A DNA stretch of 64,000 bases, taken from assembly GCA_002633005.1 (NCBI GenBank), contig NMRA01000151.1, forward strand, positions 476,400 to 540,399. Direction: 5' to 3'. The notes under the pieces are model-generated. The model had not been told where the DNA came from. It did not search any database and saw nothing but the letters and a program-made list of their open reading frames with translations. A program made the position numbers and the translations under genes. Below, one piece after another: positions 1 to 18,544 of this stretch (position 1 is its first letter; each line of letters starts with the position of its first letter). The DNA comes from Phoronis australis (taxonomy: Eukaryota; Animalia; Phoronida).

Positions 1-43
1 TGTACGCATAGAAGTGAAAGCGTGCCTCTGATTTCTGTTCCAG

Positions 44-403
44 ACGGACCACAAACAATATCTTTTTCCCATGACGGTGCCCCATCTACGTATGTACGTC
101 ACAAGCTCATGGTTCAAGATGGCAGACAGTATACTGTCTCTTGCACCACAGGGCCACTTAATGCTTGGGCAACTGTTGATTGGACAATTCCAGAACACCT
201 ACAGCACAAGCAGAGCGACATATTCTCGACCATGCACTTAAATAACAGCGTTTCTCTTAGCCGGTCGTCGACTTTCACAGCTAGACTAATCGAGAATAGA
301 GCAATTGGTCACCTGGAACATGAATTTCATTTAGTGTGCAAGGCAACCAATATTCATCATAGCGGATATAGAATAGCAAAAGCACTTGTTATAGATGTTG
401 CTT
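44..403 (+). CDS. Internal exon (Ig-like domain 1 in window) of an Ig/TSP1 single-pass membrane receptor
   Basis: ttccag|AC acceptor at 42-43 and T|gtaagt donor at 404, phase 1 at both ends. Reads xGPQTISF...YTVSCTTG...TVDWT...HLVCKATN...VIDVA, with the Ig Cys/Trp/Cys pattern. Confidence 0.85.
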
Positions 404-1119
404 GTAAGTACATTTAATGTTCGTGTAGATTGAAGAGGGTTGTTGAACAGTTGACCAGTTCACGATGCATTCAGATTGTGACACGGGACGTAAAGTATAA
501 AACAGTGGTTTAGACTGCTATATCACATCTGAAGCCTGATCGATAACAGACTATGAGCATTGAACTGATTGACCATAGGCGCATGTGGTTTTAGTAATTA
601 TTCGGACATTTCCTTCAGGAGCTGTGGCGGCCCGCATATGGCATCGTAGATCAGTGGTGCCGGACGCCTTCTTGTTCACTATCTTAAGTTGGATAGTGGC
701 AAGGACTGGATGTGGTGCTTTGCAGAAGCGGAAATCTCTCATGGTTACAAAAAATGATGAAATGTTATAGTTTGCGCGAAATCTTACATTGCGTAAGTGA
801 TAACTCGCTTACTTTTTGACATTGGAGTCAGGGGGCAGAGTCTGCATTTGCCGGGTTATTTTTTGTCTTCGCTATTTTATGTAGCCTACGATTGGGTAAC
901 TACAGTAGGGTGACCATTTGCATGCTTTGGGGTTTTTTACATCGGCAAAGAATGTTGGTAGGTACATCATGCCTTAGCATAATTTATTCATATTAAGGCT
1001 ATCGTTATTCAAAATTCAACATTTGCTTTCAACTGCGTTACCAGGCACCACACGTGAACTATCATGATATTCCCACCCATTTTTTTGACACTTCCTACTT
1101 GTAAACATTGTGGTATCTG

Positions 1120-2250
1120 CTAACCAGCGTCGTCAGCTAGGAGTCCATCTTCATCGTGGGTTTCGTATAACTCTGATGGTAGGTCTCTGAAGGCTGATAA
1201 GACCTCCTGCCGACTCTGGGGTTGCCATCTATTTTCACGTTATAAACACAGCCACACGGTTGATTCCTCCCCTGCTCTTATTATAGAATTGAACATATCA
1301 GCTCGCCCTCTTGATGAAATATCCAGTAGCTTCGTCATCCGCCACATGCTGCCTGCAATAAACCCTCGACATCCAACTTGTATGGGAAGACAGAAGCATT
1401 TCCAGCCATTCGCTGTACATTCTTGTGATAGCTCTACGACCTAGAGTAATTTCCTTTTGTGAGCTTCCTGCACCCTAGTCTCATACGGCACATTTAACTC
1501 GATCAAAGTCACTGTATTGTTGCTTTCTGGCCACAACACTATGTCTGGTCTAAACTGGGTGATTGCAATATCGCTCAGTAATGAACCTCAAGTGAACACA
1601 TCCACCACAATCTTCTAGTCGGCAGCCATGCCTAGAGCACCAGAATCGCACTTAGTGGCTATTTTGCCTTTGTAGAGTTGAATGAACGCTTTGTCAGTGT
1701 TCGTCACCTCCCTTCTCTCTAGATCTAAAACATTAGCAATACACTTAAGAACCTTGTCATGGCGCCAGGTGTACGTTACTGAAGTGAGATCTTCTCTGCA
1801 ACTGGATACAACGTGTTCTAAGTTACACCGCTCCCCTCAGCCCCTGCAGCTGTGATCCTCAGTTTTGCCCAACATTCGAAGACTGACAAAGAGTTGGGAG
1901 AGTGTCATATATGGAGCCAATTGGAAAAAATTCTTAACATTACTAGCAATCTTTATGCTGTACACTCCTTCCCATGATGTCTATGCACCATGTTTCCTCA
2001 GTCCAACCACTTCAGCATATCTTCTCTCATTCGCCTGGGATCTCATTTCGTCCAGAACCATTTTGCGCCTCTCTTTGCCTGTTGGCGACTTCCACCTCTC
2101 TCTAACCTGCTCTCTGCCTCCTCCTCTACTGCTACATCAGCCATCGACCTTCTTCCTGAGTCTATCGATAATTCGCTCTCTCTGATCATCTCATCTCTCG
2201 AGATCCGAAGAGTCAATAATGCTCTGCACTTTACTACCTTGAACTCCTAT
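1120..2250 (-). mobile_element. 3' fragment of an RLE-type non-LTR retrotransposon (HERO/NeSL-like), decayed
   Basis: CCHC knuckle (CRG*GERCNLEHVVSSC), YTWRHDKVL, RPDIVLW and LIELNVPYE, interrupted by stops. Confidence 0.85.
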
Positions 2251-4070
2251 ATAATTAGTTCAATGAAGTTTGCAAATTGCTGCGTAATACAGTAACATAA
2301 TTTATTCGAATCAGGGTGGTCATCTCTAAAAATTAACTAACAACGAAGAAGAGTAACTAAGCTAGCGTCCGCTGTAAAGATTACTTATATCAATTAACTA
2401 AAAAATAATCAAACGTCATCTCTGCTATCCAAGCTGTAGGACTCGACACTTGTTGGATGGCAGTCCTATTGGTGAATCTGCAAACTAACACACACGCTGT
2501 ACTGTAACAGTGTTCTTGCTAGTCACGGTCCTTCATGACCCAACACTTGCAGGCAGTGTCTTCTACCCACTATTCCTCTTGCTTTTTATAGTATGTTGTG
2601 CCGCAACACCTGTCAGGAGTGTATAACTACCTACGGTGCAAGTCACTGGCTCCTAGTTAACTTCGTGTTCGTTAATCTTTGCCCTCGCCAAGATCTTCTT
2701 TAGAATTTTCCACCATATGGTTCTGTTGTACAGTTTCTTCTGTACACTGTAGCAAGTCATCTAGCTTCAACTACATTTAAGTAGTTGAAGCTAGATTAAA
2801 ATCTCATCTGAATATTTGCAAATTTCAATCCAAATTATGATAATGTACATATTCATCGATTGGCTAATAAAAACCAAATAATGTGATCGAATCATATCAT
2901 TGGCTGTTACGATTTGCTCTCAGAATCTTAGAATCTTTAGAGTGCCTTGACCACAGAACCAAAATAGTAAACATCTTCTAAACATAGATCATAACGTTAA
3001 AATACATGTTAACCAGTTTGACCCCATGATTGAAAGGTACATATGCAAAAACACTTCGACCCATTACCCAATTTCCATATATCATCAATACTCTAACCAG
3101 CTTGTCACCTTGTCTTCGGCTAGTAATGAGCTCGTCTGTTATCTTAAAATCTTTATATGTTTCTTTCTGGTTTGTCGATCCCAGCTCTAGAGTTTAATCT
3201 CAACTTAAACTCTCTCTGCTTGGCCCCCAAATGTCAGAAGTTGACTGGGGGGGGGGTTGTTTGAAAGGTAGCTATGCTTTGAGATTGCAAGTGGATGGAG
3301 AGAGAATAATTAATTCCAGTAAATTAATTTATCATGTGATAGCAACTAATTCAAACAAGTGAAACCTGCTGTAAATTAATTAAACAAGCAATGAAGAAGA
3401 GTAACTACGCTAGCGGCCTCTGTAAGGAATACTTCAATCAATTAATAGTCAAACGTGTTATCTGCTATCGACGCTGTGGGACTCGACACTTGTTGGATGA
3501 CAGTCTTGCTTGTGAGTTATCAAACTAACACACAATTTACTGTGAAAGTGATCATGCTTTTCACAGACCTTCGTGACACAACACTTGGAGGCAGTATATT
3601 GCTACCCACGATTCCTGTTGCAGGTCACAGTCCCTGGTAACGCAACAACTGTAGGCAGTATCTAACTACCCACGATGCAAGCAACAACCTTTTAGTTAAG
3701 TTCCTGTTCGTTAATCCTTGCCCTTGCCCAGATCCTCTTTAAAATATTCCACCAGATGGGTCTGTCTTACAATTTCGTCAGTGCACTGTTGCAAGTCTTC
3801 TAGCTTCAATTACTAAATCGCATCTGGATATTTTGCAAATTTTAACCCAGATTATAATAATGTACTTATTTAACGATTGGCTAATAAAACCATATGATCT
3901 CATCCAATCATGTAAATTGGCTGTTACGATTTGCTCTTACAAGTTTCTAGAATCTTTGGGGTTTTTTGACTCCAGAACTAAAGTAGTAAACATCATCTAA
4001 AAGTAGATCTTGACGTTGAAATACATGTAAAAAAGTTTTACCCCATGATTTAAAGAACATGTGCACCAAT
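2250..4070. repeat. Diverged tandem direct repeat, two ~800-bp units (~2250-3050 and ~3305-4070)
   Basis: Collinear shared blocks, e.g. gaagaagagtaacta, ggactcgacacttgttggatg, ttggctgttacgatttgctct, ccccatgatt. Confidence 0.85.
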
Positions 4071-5059
4071 TTGTCCTGATGGTTTCAATGAATTTAATTA
4101 AATCTGCATCATAGATTTATATAATTTTAATTTAGCACAGATATTTCAAGTTCCTGTTTTCTCTGATGCTCATGGCAGACCTAGTAGACGACCAAATTAT
4201 TTAATTACATAAGCCCAGGGACAATAATCTAGTCGAGTAGTGCATAATCACATATGTCTCAAATGGCAACTCAAGACTATCAGGGTGAGCGTATGATTGT
4301 GTAACGTCCACAAAACAATGTGCATTAAGGACAATTGACGCTTCAACTGCATCTACTTGAATTACATGAGATGTGATTCTTGTAGCTTTGCTTTATTATC
4401 TCCAGTATGCAATCAGGGGCGAGTTAGGTATTATCCGGAGCGGTAGTTGGTGAGACCTATTTGTTAATGACATCTCTCCATCTATAGTCCTTTGTATGTA
4501 GTGCTTGTGGATTTCCCCACATTTTCCGCATGATTGACGGGTACACTTAATATGAATGCCTCTGCTGTCTGTTTGAGATCACGCAGTTTGGGTGCGGAGG
4601 TACATGTATATCCGTCGCCGGTTTTCTTTTCCCATACATTTAGTCTGGTCTCTGACATAATACTGGTTCATTTAGTCCATAACGTGTTCCGTGACATCTG
4701 AAAAATGTGCATTTGCATTACCGATAATAGACATGTCAATTCCAGCGTTCATTGTTTAAACGAGGTATCCTTTTCCGACCAAGGTAGGTTGCCACCTTGG
4801 CGCATGCTTACAGGAAACCCTTCACATTATCACAACGTTTCCATTGCCGCCTTGAAGCATCTTTGCAATGGATTTTTGCATTTTTGAGCTTTTAGATTGT
4901 GTATAATAGTTTTACAGCACAATATCTAGCTGAAAAAGCAATGATTTTGGAAAATAACTGAGTAATTTCAAATTTTAAAGAAAAATTAATCGTTTCCCGC
5001 CACGTGACGTCATCAGTGGTAGACGGTGATCAGTTGACAGTACATATGCAATGGCGTAT

Positions 5060-10000
<4,941 letters not shown>

Positions 10001-11479
10001 AAAGAATGTTTTCAATCGTAGCTATAGCTGGATAAGAATCTGCTATAAAAACGATTAGAGAATAAACAATAATCAGTGTATTTAAAACAAAATGGCGAAC
10101 AAGCAGATACATACTGTACAAAGGATTATTATTCGTTAAAAACAATTGGTCAATTTTCTCGGGTTATTGTTCAAGGATAGCTTTTCTCTTTGTCGAAAGA
10201 TAATACAGACGGTAAGGCGGCTGATTTCAGCCGTTTTCTTCACCTGTAACAGAATAGTCAGAGAAATATTAGGAAATTATAAAAGTAAACAAAAGACGAA
10301 TATACTTTTGTGAGGCAAAACATGAAGGCGATTTAAGAATGTGTTCTTTTCTTGACACGTAAAACGTGTTTCTAATCTCAACAAATAAAATTCATTCTAG
10401 GTGTCAATATTTATTCCAGTGCAATGTTACGAATTTACTGAATAGCTCATAGATGTTACTTCGGTAACAATAATCTGGTAGTGCTGGGGGTGGGGTTCAC
10501 TATAAAATAAGGAAACTCACTCATCTAGAGAATTTTATTTAACATAGCATAGTTTTGAAGAGTAACTGCTGTGAAAAAGTCACCCTTGACTTCTGAGCGG
10601 AACGTCCCATACACCTCTTATATTGGGAGCACTCCCACCCAGGACAATTTTTGTGAATATGTCCTGATAGCCTACCATCCGGGTCCCGAGTGAGTTTATG
10701 AAGACAAACTTTTAGTTCCACTGAATAAACCCGTTATTCAGTTGGGTTACTGGTGGGTATAACATGACTGAGCGATGTCGACAGAAACTAATTGCTAAAA
10801 ACTTACCAAGTAACGGGATTATGTAGTATCTCGATGGGAATGCATAGAGCACACTCACGGGCGTGAGTCTTCGGCATTCACACACTTTTTGTCACTTGGT
10901 TCACCCTTTTGACCGCAATTCTCCACGCCTGTAGTAACCTTAAGTCTTTTGGGAATGTGTGACCACCTGTTGAAGATTTGCATCCGGGAAAATAGTAATA
11001 TTGAGGCTTAGCGCAACGACGTATTTTGATAACAATTTCGTCTTTTTACCAGCTGTTTACATGCAGACGGCGACGCATGCGCAATTCAATCACCACTAGT
11101 ATAGCAGCGACACCGCGTCGGATAGCCCCATTACGTGTATTGATATTCTAAACATCCTGTATCTAGTGAACGAAATAAGCAATGGTCCTGATCACTTATT
11201 TTGACCTTTGAAATCAAGTTTCATCAGTGTGTCCAACTTGATAACGCAGTTGGTTTAGAGAACGAGAGAGCTGAGACTTATAGCCGTTTTGGAACGAGTG
11301 TCCCTTTACCTGAGAACGTCATGAGGTCACCTGAATTTGCGACATCGTTTAGCGAGGCATTTGAAAAAATTGAAAATCAGGAAACTGTAAACATGGCTTA
11401 TGATTGTTTTAGCAATAACTTGTTTTTACTTCCCGTATAAGGATGTTGGTAAACACTCACGTAAAATTCAAGTACTATA

Positions 11480-13760
11480 AGCATTAATGGAATGCACAAT
11501 TATCTGCATCATGGTTATTTACTTGTCAGAATGAAAAACAATTGAGAAATGTTAATGGAACAGGGCTGTAAAGAAAGTATTTAGAAAGGTGTTTAAAACT
11601 GCCCAAAACAGTTGTGACAAATTTTAGGAAAATTTATTTGAGGAGAGGTTGTAACAAAAGATAAATCGAAAAGATCGAAAATTTCTATACTGAAAATACG
11701 CAGGCCATTCTGGAAAAACATCAAGAGAGATGGTTCAAGAATTAATAAAACTGTGTCTTTCGAGGTTTTTGATGAAAATAATTCGATTTGCACGAATATG
11801 AATTTCGTACGAAATAAATAAATAAATGAAAGACAGTGTATCAGTCCCTTTACTCGGATTTTATTCCGGAAAATTCCTTTGATGGTGAATTTTATAATGG
11901 TAGTTTACAATTAAGACAAAGATGATACTGAAGGTTTAAGTTCGTCCCCTGATAACCTGTATGCAATGACGAACGGAACTCTGATATTACCATGCAAGAA
12001 GTTCAGAAAATTATACCTAAGGCAAATCCTAAAAAAGCGATGGTTGTTGACCATATCCCCAATGAAGTTCTTAAGCACCCCTGCGGTGGTTGCTACTTTA
12101 CATAAACTCTTTTACGCTATTTTTGTGTCGTGTATGTTCTATAAGTGAGACTAAGGCCAACGCTGTTCCTATTGCGAAAGGTTCAGACAAGGGTCTATTA
12201 AAGTATAGGGATACTTGCCTGTGCCTATAAATTTTCAGAGGTTTTCTTAATGACAGGATATCGCCTTATGTTGAAAAGTATAGTCTGTTTGCTGAGGAGC
12301 AAAACGTTGTTCGAAGTGATAGAACATTATTTCGACCTCCATTTTTCAATGGCTTCTATAATCCAAAGTCGGAAAAAATGAAAACCTTCCTAAATTTGCA
12401 ACATTTGTTGATATGAAGAAGGCATTTGACCGTGTAGATAGGGATTTATTATTTTACAAACTTCTTTTGAATAATATTTATGGTCATATGTATAAAGTCA
12501 TAAAAAGATATTTATTCGGATCCTGGGGCTCGTTTTCAAATTTCTAGGAATTGTTCCACCAATTGGTTCCCGATAACTTTTGGTGTACTTCAGGGTGATA
12601 CGCTGTTCCCTACACTTGTTTGTCTCTTTGTATATGACTTTGTTGCTGCACTCAATCATTTGAACCTTGGTATGCTAATAGAAAATAATGCAATGAGCTC
12701 CTTGTTGTATGCTGGAAACATTGGCTCGTCGCGTGGACATGATATTCAAGCCATTATGAACCAACTTTCTCTTCAATTATGCGAATAACTCGCTCGCTAT
12801 TATAAGTCAGTGCAAATATTTATGTCTTTTTTGAGGAACATTTGCAACATGAACAAGCCGCTGTCGCACTAGCACCATAAGGTGGTCCTGCAGTCTGTGT
12901 TGTGGCTTCTAAATTCAAGCGCTTGCGTGATGTTGGGCTAAGGACATACACACCACATTATATGATGGGTGTGTGAACCCACTTCTTGATTATTGACCTG
13001 GTGTTTGGGGGCAGGGCTTTTTCTTCAGTGTGAATCAATTCAAAATGGAGCCATTTGATACATTCTTGGGAATCACAAATTTACTCCGATCGCCACGCAT
13101 ATAGATAAGGGATGGAAACCTAGTGTAGTTCGCCGGCTATAAATTTCGTGTTACGACTATGAATAGACTTATTTGCGTCTCACAAAGCAAGTATTTCACT
13201 GTGACCTCACTCGCAGAAAAGTAAAAAGCCATTACTCAAATTTTCACTGATAGTGATCAGATTGAAGCATTTTATTAAAGGTTAGCTTGTGCTTTGGAGT
13301 ATGCGTAAGTGGAACTGATGGATCTTACAGATTCAGAATGGAGGACTGGGATTTACAACAAATCCAAGCTAAGAACTTTGAATTGATTTAAACGAATTAT
13401 TAAACAGAAGTTTATTAACAAATGAGCATTTCTAGAAAAAAGCTCTTATTTTCTCAACTTACACGTGGAATCTTGTCGCTGAACGTGGAAACTGGCCGCT
13501 CTGGTACACAATTTTTAGTCCTGTTGACGAGCGTTTGTGTGATTTTTGTACTGGCACATGCGTAGACGACAAAACACCTTTCCTTTGCTCTTGTGACACT
13601 GATCTAAGAGTAGCGTTATTTGCAGAGGTCGTGATAGTCGAGTCCTCCTTTGCGGGGGAGGAATTTAGAATCAGTTTGTTTTCTTGATGACTAACACCTC
13701 TGTGAGAAAATTGGTTATCAATACCGCATTTCGTAGCCGATCACAAACTGCTGAGCTCAC
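11480..13760 (+). mobile_element. Decayed APE-type LINE ORF2 (RT and C-terminal region; RTEX/CR1-group-like)
   Basis: FVDMKKAFDRVDR, GVLQGDTLFPTL, LLYAG (degenerate YADD), KSKLRT, LNVETGR and ERLCDFC, with many frameshifts. Confidence 0.85.
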
Positions 13761-13879
13761 TTTTTCTTCACTTCATCCTCCAAAACGAGATTCTGCGTGT
13801 AAGAACCTAGAAACAGATGTTAATGTCGTATGCGATTACAAACTATTGAACAATTACCTGGAACACACATGTTGTATGC

Positions 13880-15300
13880 TGCCTCTCCAAGTGCTGTCAT
13901 CAACTAGAATCCATCCCCATCGGTAATTTCGACACCTAATCTAGAATCATTTGGGATGCCTGGTCGCCGAAGTTGACCAGGCTTTGATCATCACTTGGAG
14001 TTCCACCTTCTGTTTCGCTGTAACCATAGCCACGATAACGCCTCGTCAGATGATCTCACCACTGTCTGCACCAAATTCTTCCTTGACATTGTGTTGACAC
14101 CTAGGAACTTCATCAATCTCCACATGGTGCTAAAGGTGAAACCTTTACATCCTAATTCAGTTGGCATATAAAACACTTCCAACCAGCTAGCTACCGAACA
14201 ATCATTGGAAAGTTCCGCGCACTTTAACCTTTTTCTCTAATTGGACTCTACCATTCGGGACTACCATGTTCTACAATCATGACTGCATTCGTACTGCCTG
14301 ACCATAACACTAAGTCGTGCCGGAGTGTCGTCATCACTATGTGGCTTGGGAATACCGGCAGTGGTCCTACATCCACAGCCATCTTCCAATCACTCGATGT
14401 AGCCAATACACTTCGAACTTTCATCTTTCCCGATACACTATCTCTGCAAAACGATATCAGCGGACTGTCAGTGTCGCAAACCGACTTCCTTTTTTCTTGG
14501 TCCAAAATGTGAGCAATCGCCTTGAACATCTTATCATGTCTCCACTTGCATTTGCCTTCCGCTAAAGAGAGCTTACAAGATGAAAAAACCTGCTGTAAAA
14601 TGCAGCGCTCCCCACAACTGCTGCAAGAATCGAATCATGTTCAATCTTTCTCTACTACTTGAGGTTAGTCGGACTAGGGTGTATATCGTACACAGAACGC
14701 AGGAGAAAACTTAATCGGTACTGATCACATGAAATTAGGTCGTTCGCTGTAACGAGCCTACTGTCAACTCCTTCCCACACCCTTTAGACGCCTTATTTTT
14801 CAATCCCACAGCTTGAGAAAAATGCTTCTGTTCCTGGTGGGGCACCTCATCTAACACCATCAGTTGTCATCCACCTCTTAAACGGCATTCACGCCTTTGG
14901 GAAACTGCCCGTAGCAAGCCTTTTTGACAGTCTGTTCCTTGATGCTTCTTCACCCTCTGGAGTCCATTTTCTGCCTGCAGAAATGTCTATCTTTACACCC
15001 CTAATATCTTCATCTTTGAGTCCCACTAAGTCAGGAAAGTCGTACACCTGGTGAGTTTAAACTCTTCCACAATAGGTCGTGTTGGTAGGTTAACTGCTGA
15101 AGACATGTACAGGCCCAACCTGGTCAAACTTGGGGGGATGCCTAACCACTTACGCAGTCAGCGGTTCACCAAGCGTTCCATTCTCTCCCCTGCTGTAATA
15201 TGTATATCGTACACTGTTAAAGGCCACATACCTTTGAAAATAGATAAAACTGGTATCATCACACCTTAAAGCGACCAGGTAATCCACACTTATCGATCAG
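13880..15300 (-). mobile_element. Second RLE-type (HERO-like) LINE 3' fragment
   Basis: IDKCGLPGRFK, KWRHDKMFKAIA, WKMAVD, TLRHDLVLWS, MIVE and SWLWLQR. Confidence 0.85.
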
Positions 15301-15752
15301 AAATTCAGAATCACTTTGTTTTCTTGATGACTAACAGCTCTGTGAGTAAATTAGATCACAATTTTCTGAGCACAATTTACGCAAACTATTTCCTTACTCC
15401 ATCCTCAAAAACGAGGCTCTGCGTATTATAACCTACAGATTTTATAAGGCAACGCCAAATATCAATATAATTTATCCATGGTGTCTGGTACTGCAGCTGT
15501 AAGTTCTAGCAGGTAGCCCTAATTCATGATTACTGCACATGGGAAATGATGTGGAAATAGTCTACAAGTAGTGTTCTTAAAGTTGCAAGAAAAGTAGAAT
15601 CTCCACTAACTGTGGCCTTTATTTGCACAGGTCATTCATATTTGCCATGTAGTAACTTGCAAACCGATTTTAATTTAACTAATTGAAAGACGCAAATACT
15701 AAAATAATTTATCTGTTGTGCACTTCAAGTGAAGTATTTTTTCAAACTACAG

Positions 15753-16082
15753 ATGGACCTAAACAGCTGTTCTGCACTGTTACCAATGGTGTTTTAAACA
15801 GAACTTCCACTGGACTGACCGTAACGATCTTTAAAGGAGAAAGTTTCAGAATACGATGCATCACTGACTTGGCTTACCCCTCCGTGTCTATTTCTGTGAG
15901 TCCTGAGGTCGGTCGGCTGGGCAACCTCTCCTCTGTAACGGGCGCCACAGGAAGGGCATATTTCAGAGATGTAGTCGGAGTCAGCAATATACATTACCAT
16001 CGACAGGACATCGAATTCTTGGCTATGAACAACTTTGCTTCAGAACTGAAAACGTCTGAAATTATACGCCTTAATGTCATAT
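15753..16082 (+). CDS. Internal exon (Ig-like domain 2) of the same receptor
   Basis: ctacag|ATGGACCT acceptor and T|gtaagt donor. The phase-1 join recreates the YGP linker. Reads FRIRCITDLAYPSVSI...AMNNF...IRLNVI. Confidence 0.85.
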
Positions 16083-16845
16083 GTAAGTACGAGGGGGTTT
16101 GGGGGACTCAAATGAGCCACCGCATTTGGCAAAGTGGGCAAAAATGTCCGCCTCAGAGAAACAAAAGGCCTGAGAAGACGAGACAAAAGACCACTTAAAA
16201 AGGGCGAATGCACAATTCAGAGTTTTAAACTTGGTACCCCGGTTTTTTAGCCCCCGTCTTTTTTGTTAGCAAAAGGTCCACATTGTCAAAAATTCGAGGC
16301 CCCTATATTTTAGGCTGGGTTGCGCGCACGAAGTGTGTTGAAAATGAAAGCAGGAATTTGACTGGATTGAAAAGGTAGTTTTATTGGTACACAAATAAAT
16401 GACAATAAATTAAATACAAATATTTAGCCCAGAAATCGAACCATTATATCCAGGCTTACCCCCTACTAGCAGTAGTGTTTACGTGACTTTCGAAAAACTA
16501 CTAGTGTTTGGGGAGCTAAGTGTGTGTTTGCGTAAATTATTGCCGTTTTCAACTGTTTCTACAGTTTGTATAATAACTTGCAGTGTTATACCTGTTGCTC
16601 AAATACTTTTTGTTTTTTCGTTTCCTGTAGAACTTTTACTGTACCCATGAAATAAAATTTTAAAAAAATAATATTTACCTAGTAAAAAAAATAAATCCAA
16701 TACTTTGTGTTGCTGACAGTGCACGATGTGCTTACCAATTACCCGGCAGACTATCCCTCCGTTTCCGTTTTTTCCATCATCCCGCCGCGCCATAGAAATG
16801 TTCCGCTTTTTAACACAGGGCAACACTGACGTATTAATATATACT

Positions 16846-17001
16846 TAGAGGTGGATCCAGGACTTCGAGTTATGGGGGAAAGCAGGACGGGGTATTAGCC
16901 AGGATTTTGACCGTCAGATATTCTTACACCCGAAATGCCAAATCGAATCTGGGGAAGTTTAAGGAGAACATGGCCCCCTTGACCCTCTAAATCCGCAACT
17001 G
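16846..17001. mobile_element. Short hAT-type MITE with 5-bp TSD
   Basis: Ends TAGAGGTGGATCC...AAATCCGCAACTG. ATACT duplicated at 16841-16845 and 17002-17006. Confidence 0.7.
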
Positions 17002-18544
17002 ATACTACTGCATTTCCCACGTGAAAAGGAAAGGAAAAAACAACGTTTCCTGGGTATTGAGGCATCCTCAATTTGCCCATTCAACTGGACTTTAAAATGT
17101 CACTTTTGAGTGTAACGCATGCCGTTGGACAGAAATAGTTTAGGAACGTTCTTGTGGGTTGTAGGGAACATTTCACCCTTGCGTTTCGGCATAGAGTTAG
17201 ATGCCCCGCTTTGTATCCGGATGTTCAGATTCTTTTCACTCCACTTTTCCTCTGTTTTCAATCTGTAATTTTGACAACTATGGAACAAGTGTTCCTTTTA
17301 TTTCATTGTTATGAATATTGTTGTTTTCCAGAGTCTGCTTTCTTTGGTAACATAATGAAGTTTCACTTTCTAAAGAAATGAAGTTATTTACAAATTCCTG
17401 TGGAAAGTCTTGTACTGCAACCTAAATAACAATGTATATATGGTATATTTTAAACCTACACCAATATATTACCTAGTTTTTACCAGAAACCCTTTATCTT
17501 CAAATTTCGATTAAGTAGTTGGGTAATTCATTCATCACATTTTTGTAAATGTCACTTCACCGTAAATTTTTACTAAACAACTGTTTCAAACGGCAGCAAA
17601 AGTCCAATAAAATGTATATAAAAATGAATGATTTTGGAAGAGTATCTGACTAAATGCTTCACAGTTACTGTTAGGAATGCGTATCCTATTTTTGTCTTGA
17701 TAGGGTAGAAATGATTTGAATCATTGAAATTATTTCCTTGCTGGTTCAATTAGTTATTCACATAGCCTGCCTGGTCCATTTCCTTTTCAAGCTAGTATTA
17801 CACCCTTCTATTTTTGCAATTTGGAAACACTTGTTTTTTTAGAATTTGAAACAAGAATCAAACCTGTCGGCTATGCAAAAATTGTGATTATTTAAGAATC
17901 ACATTTATTAATTTGTCGTTTGATTCTTCTGTAATCATACACTATAAGGAACTGATGGGAGGTCTTTCTAATGATATGACTCTTATGCAGTTGGATTTAA
18001 AAACGGAGGAGTCGCAAGAAGTTTTAGAGAAAGTAAATACCATAGCAATAAGCAACATCGGGTCCAATGAATGCAAACAAATGCCAAATAAGCACGTAGC
18101 AACCTGAGCAGCTCGAGATCGAAGTTGACATTTCAGAGCTAGAGTTCTATGATTATACATATTTTGACGTGGGTATACACAACATTAGAAAACGAAAATT
18201 TTTCTTGCATAGCCTTCTTCATATATTCTAGCAGGACATTTATTATCAACAGTTTTAAGGCCACCAATGTCTCTTCTACTTATATTCTCTGATGTTGTGT
18301 TGACATAGATTATCGACAATAGATTCGCAACTCCGACATTTTCTTGAGAAATATCCTAGAGGAGGCGCTACCATTTAAACCTAGCAAGCTCAGGTTCCGG
18401 TTCGTGTATTGTGACGGGAAAATTTTCCATCTATTTTACTGTCTAGTACAACGAAAAAAATATAATTTCAGTATTGAAACGCTGTTCAAGGTATTCCAAT
18501 AGTAGAGTCCAGAAATTCTGAGTGGCAACTGAGTGCATTCGAGC

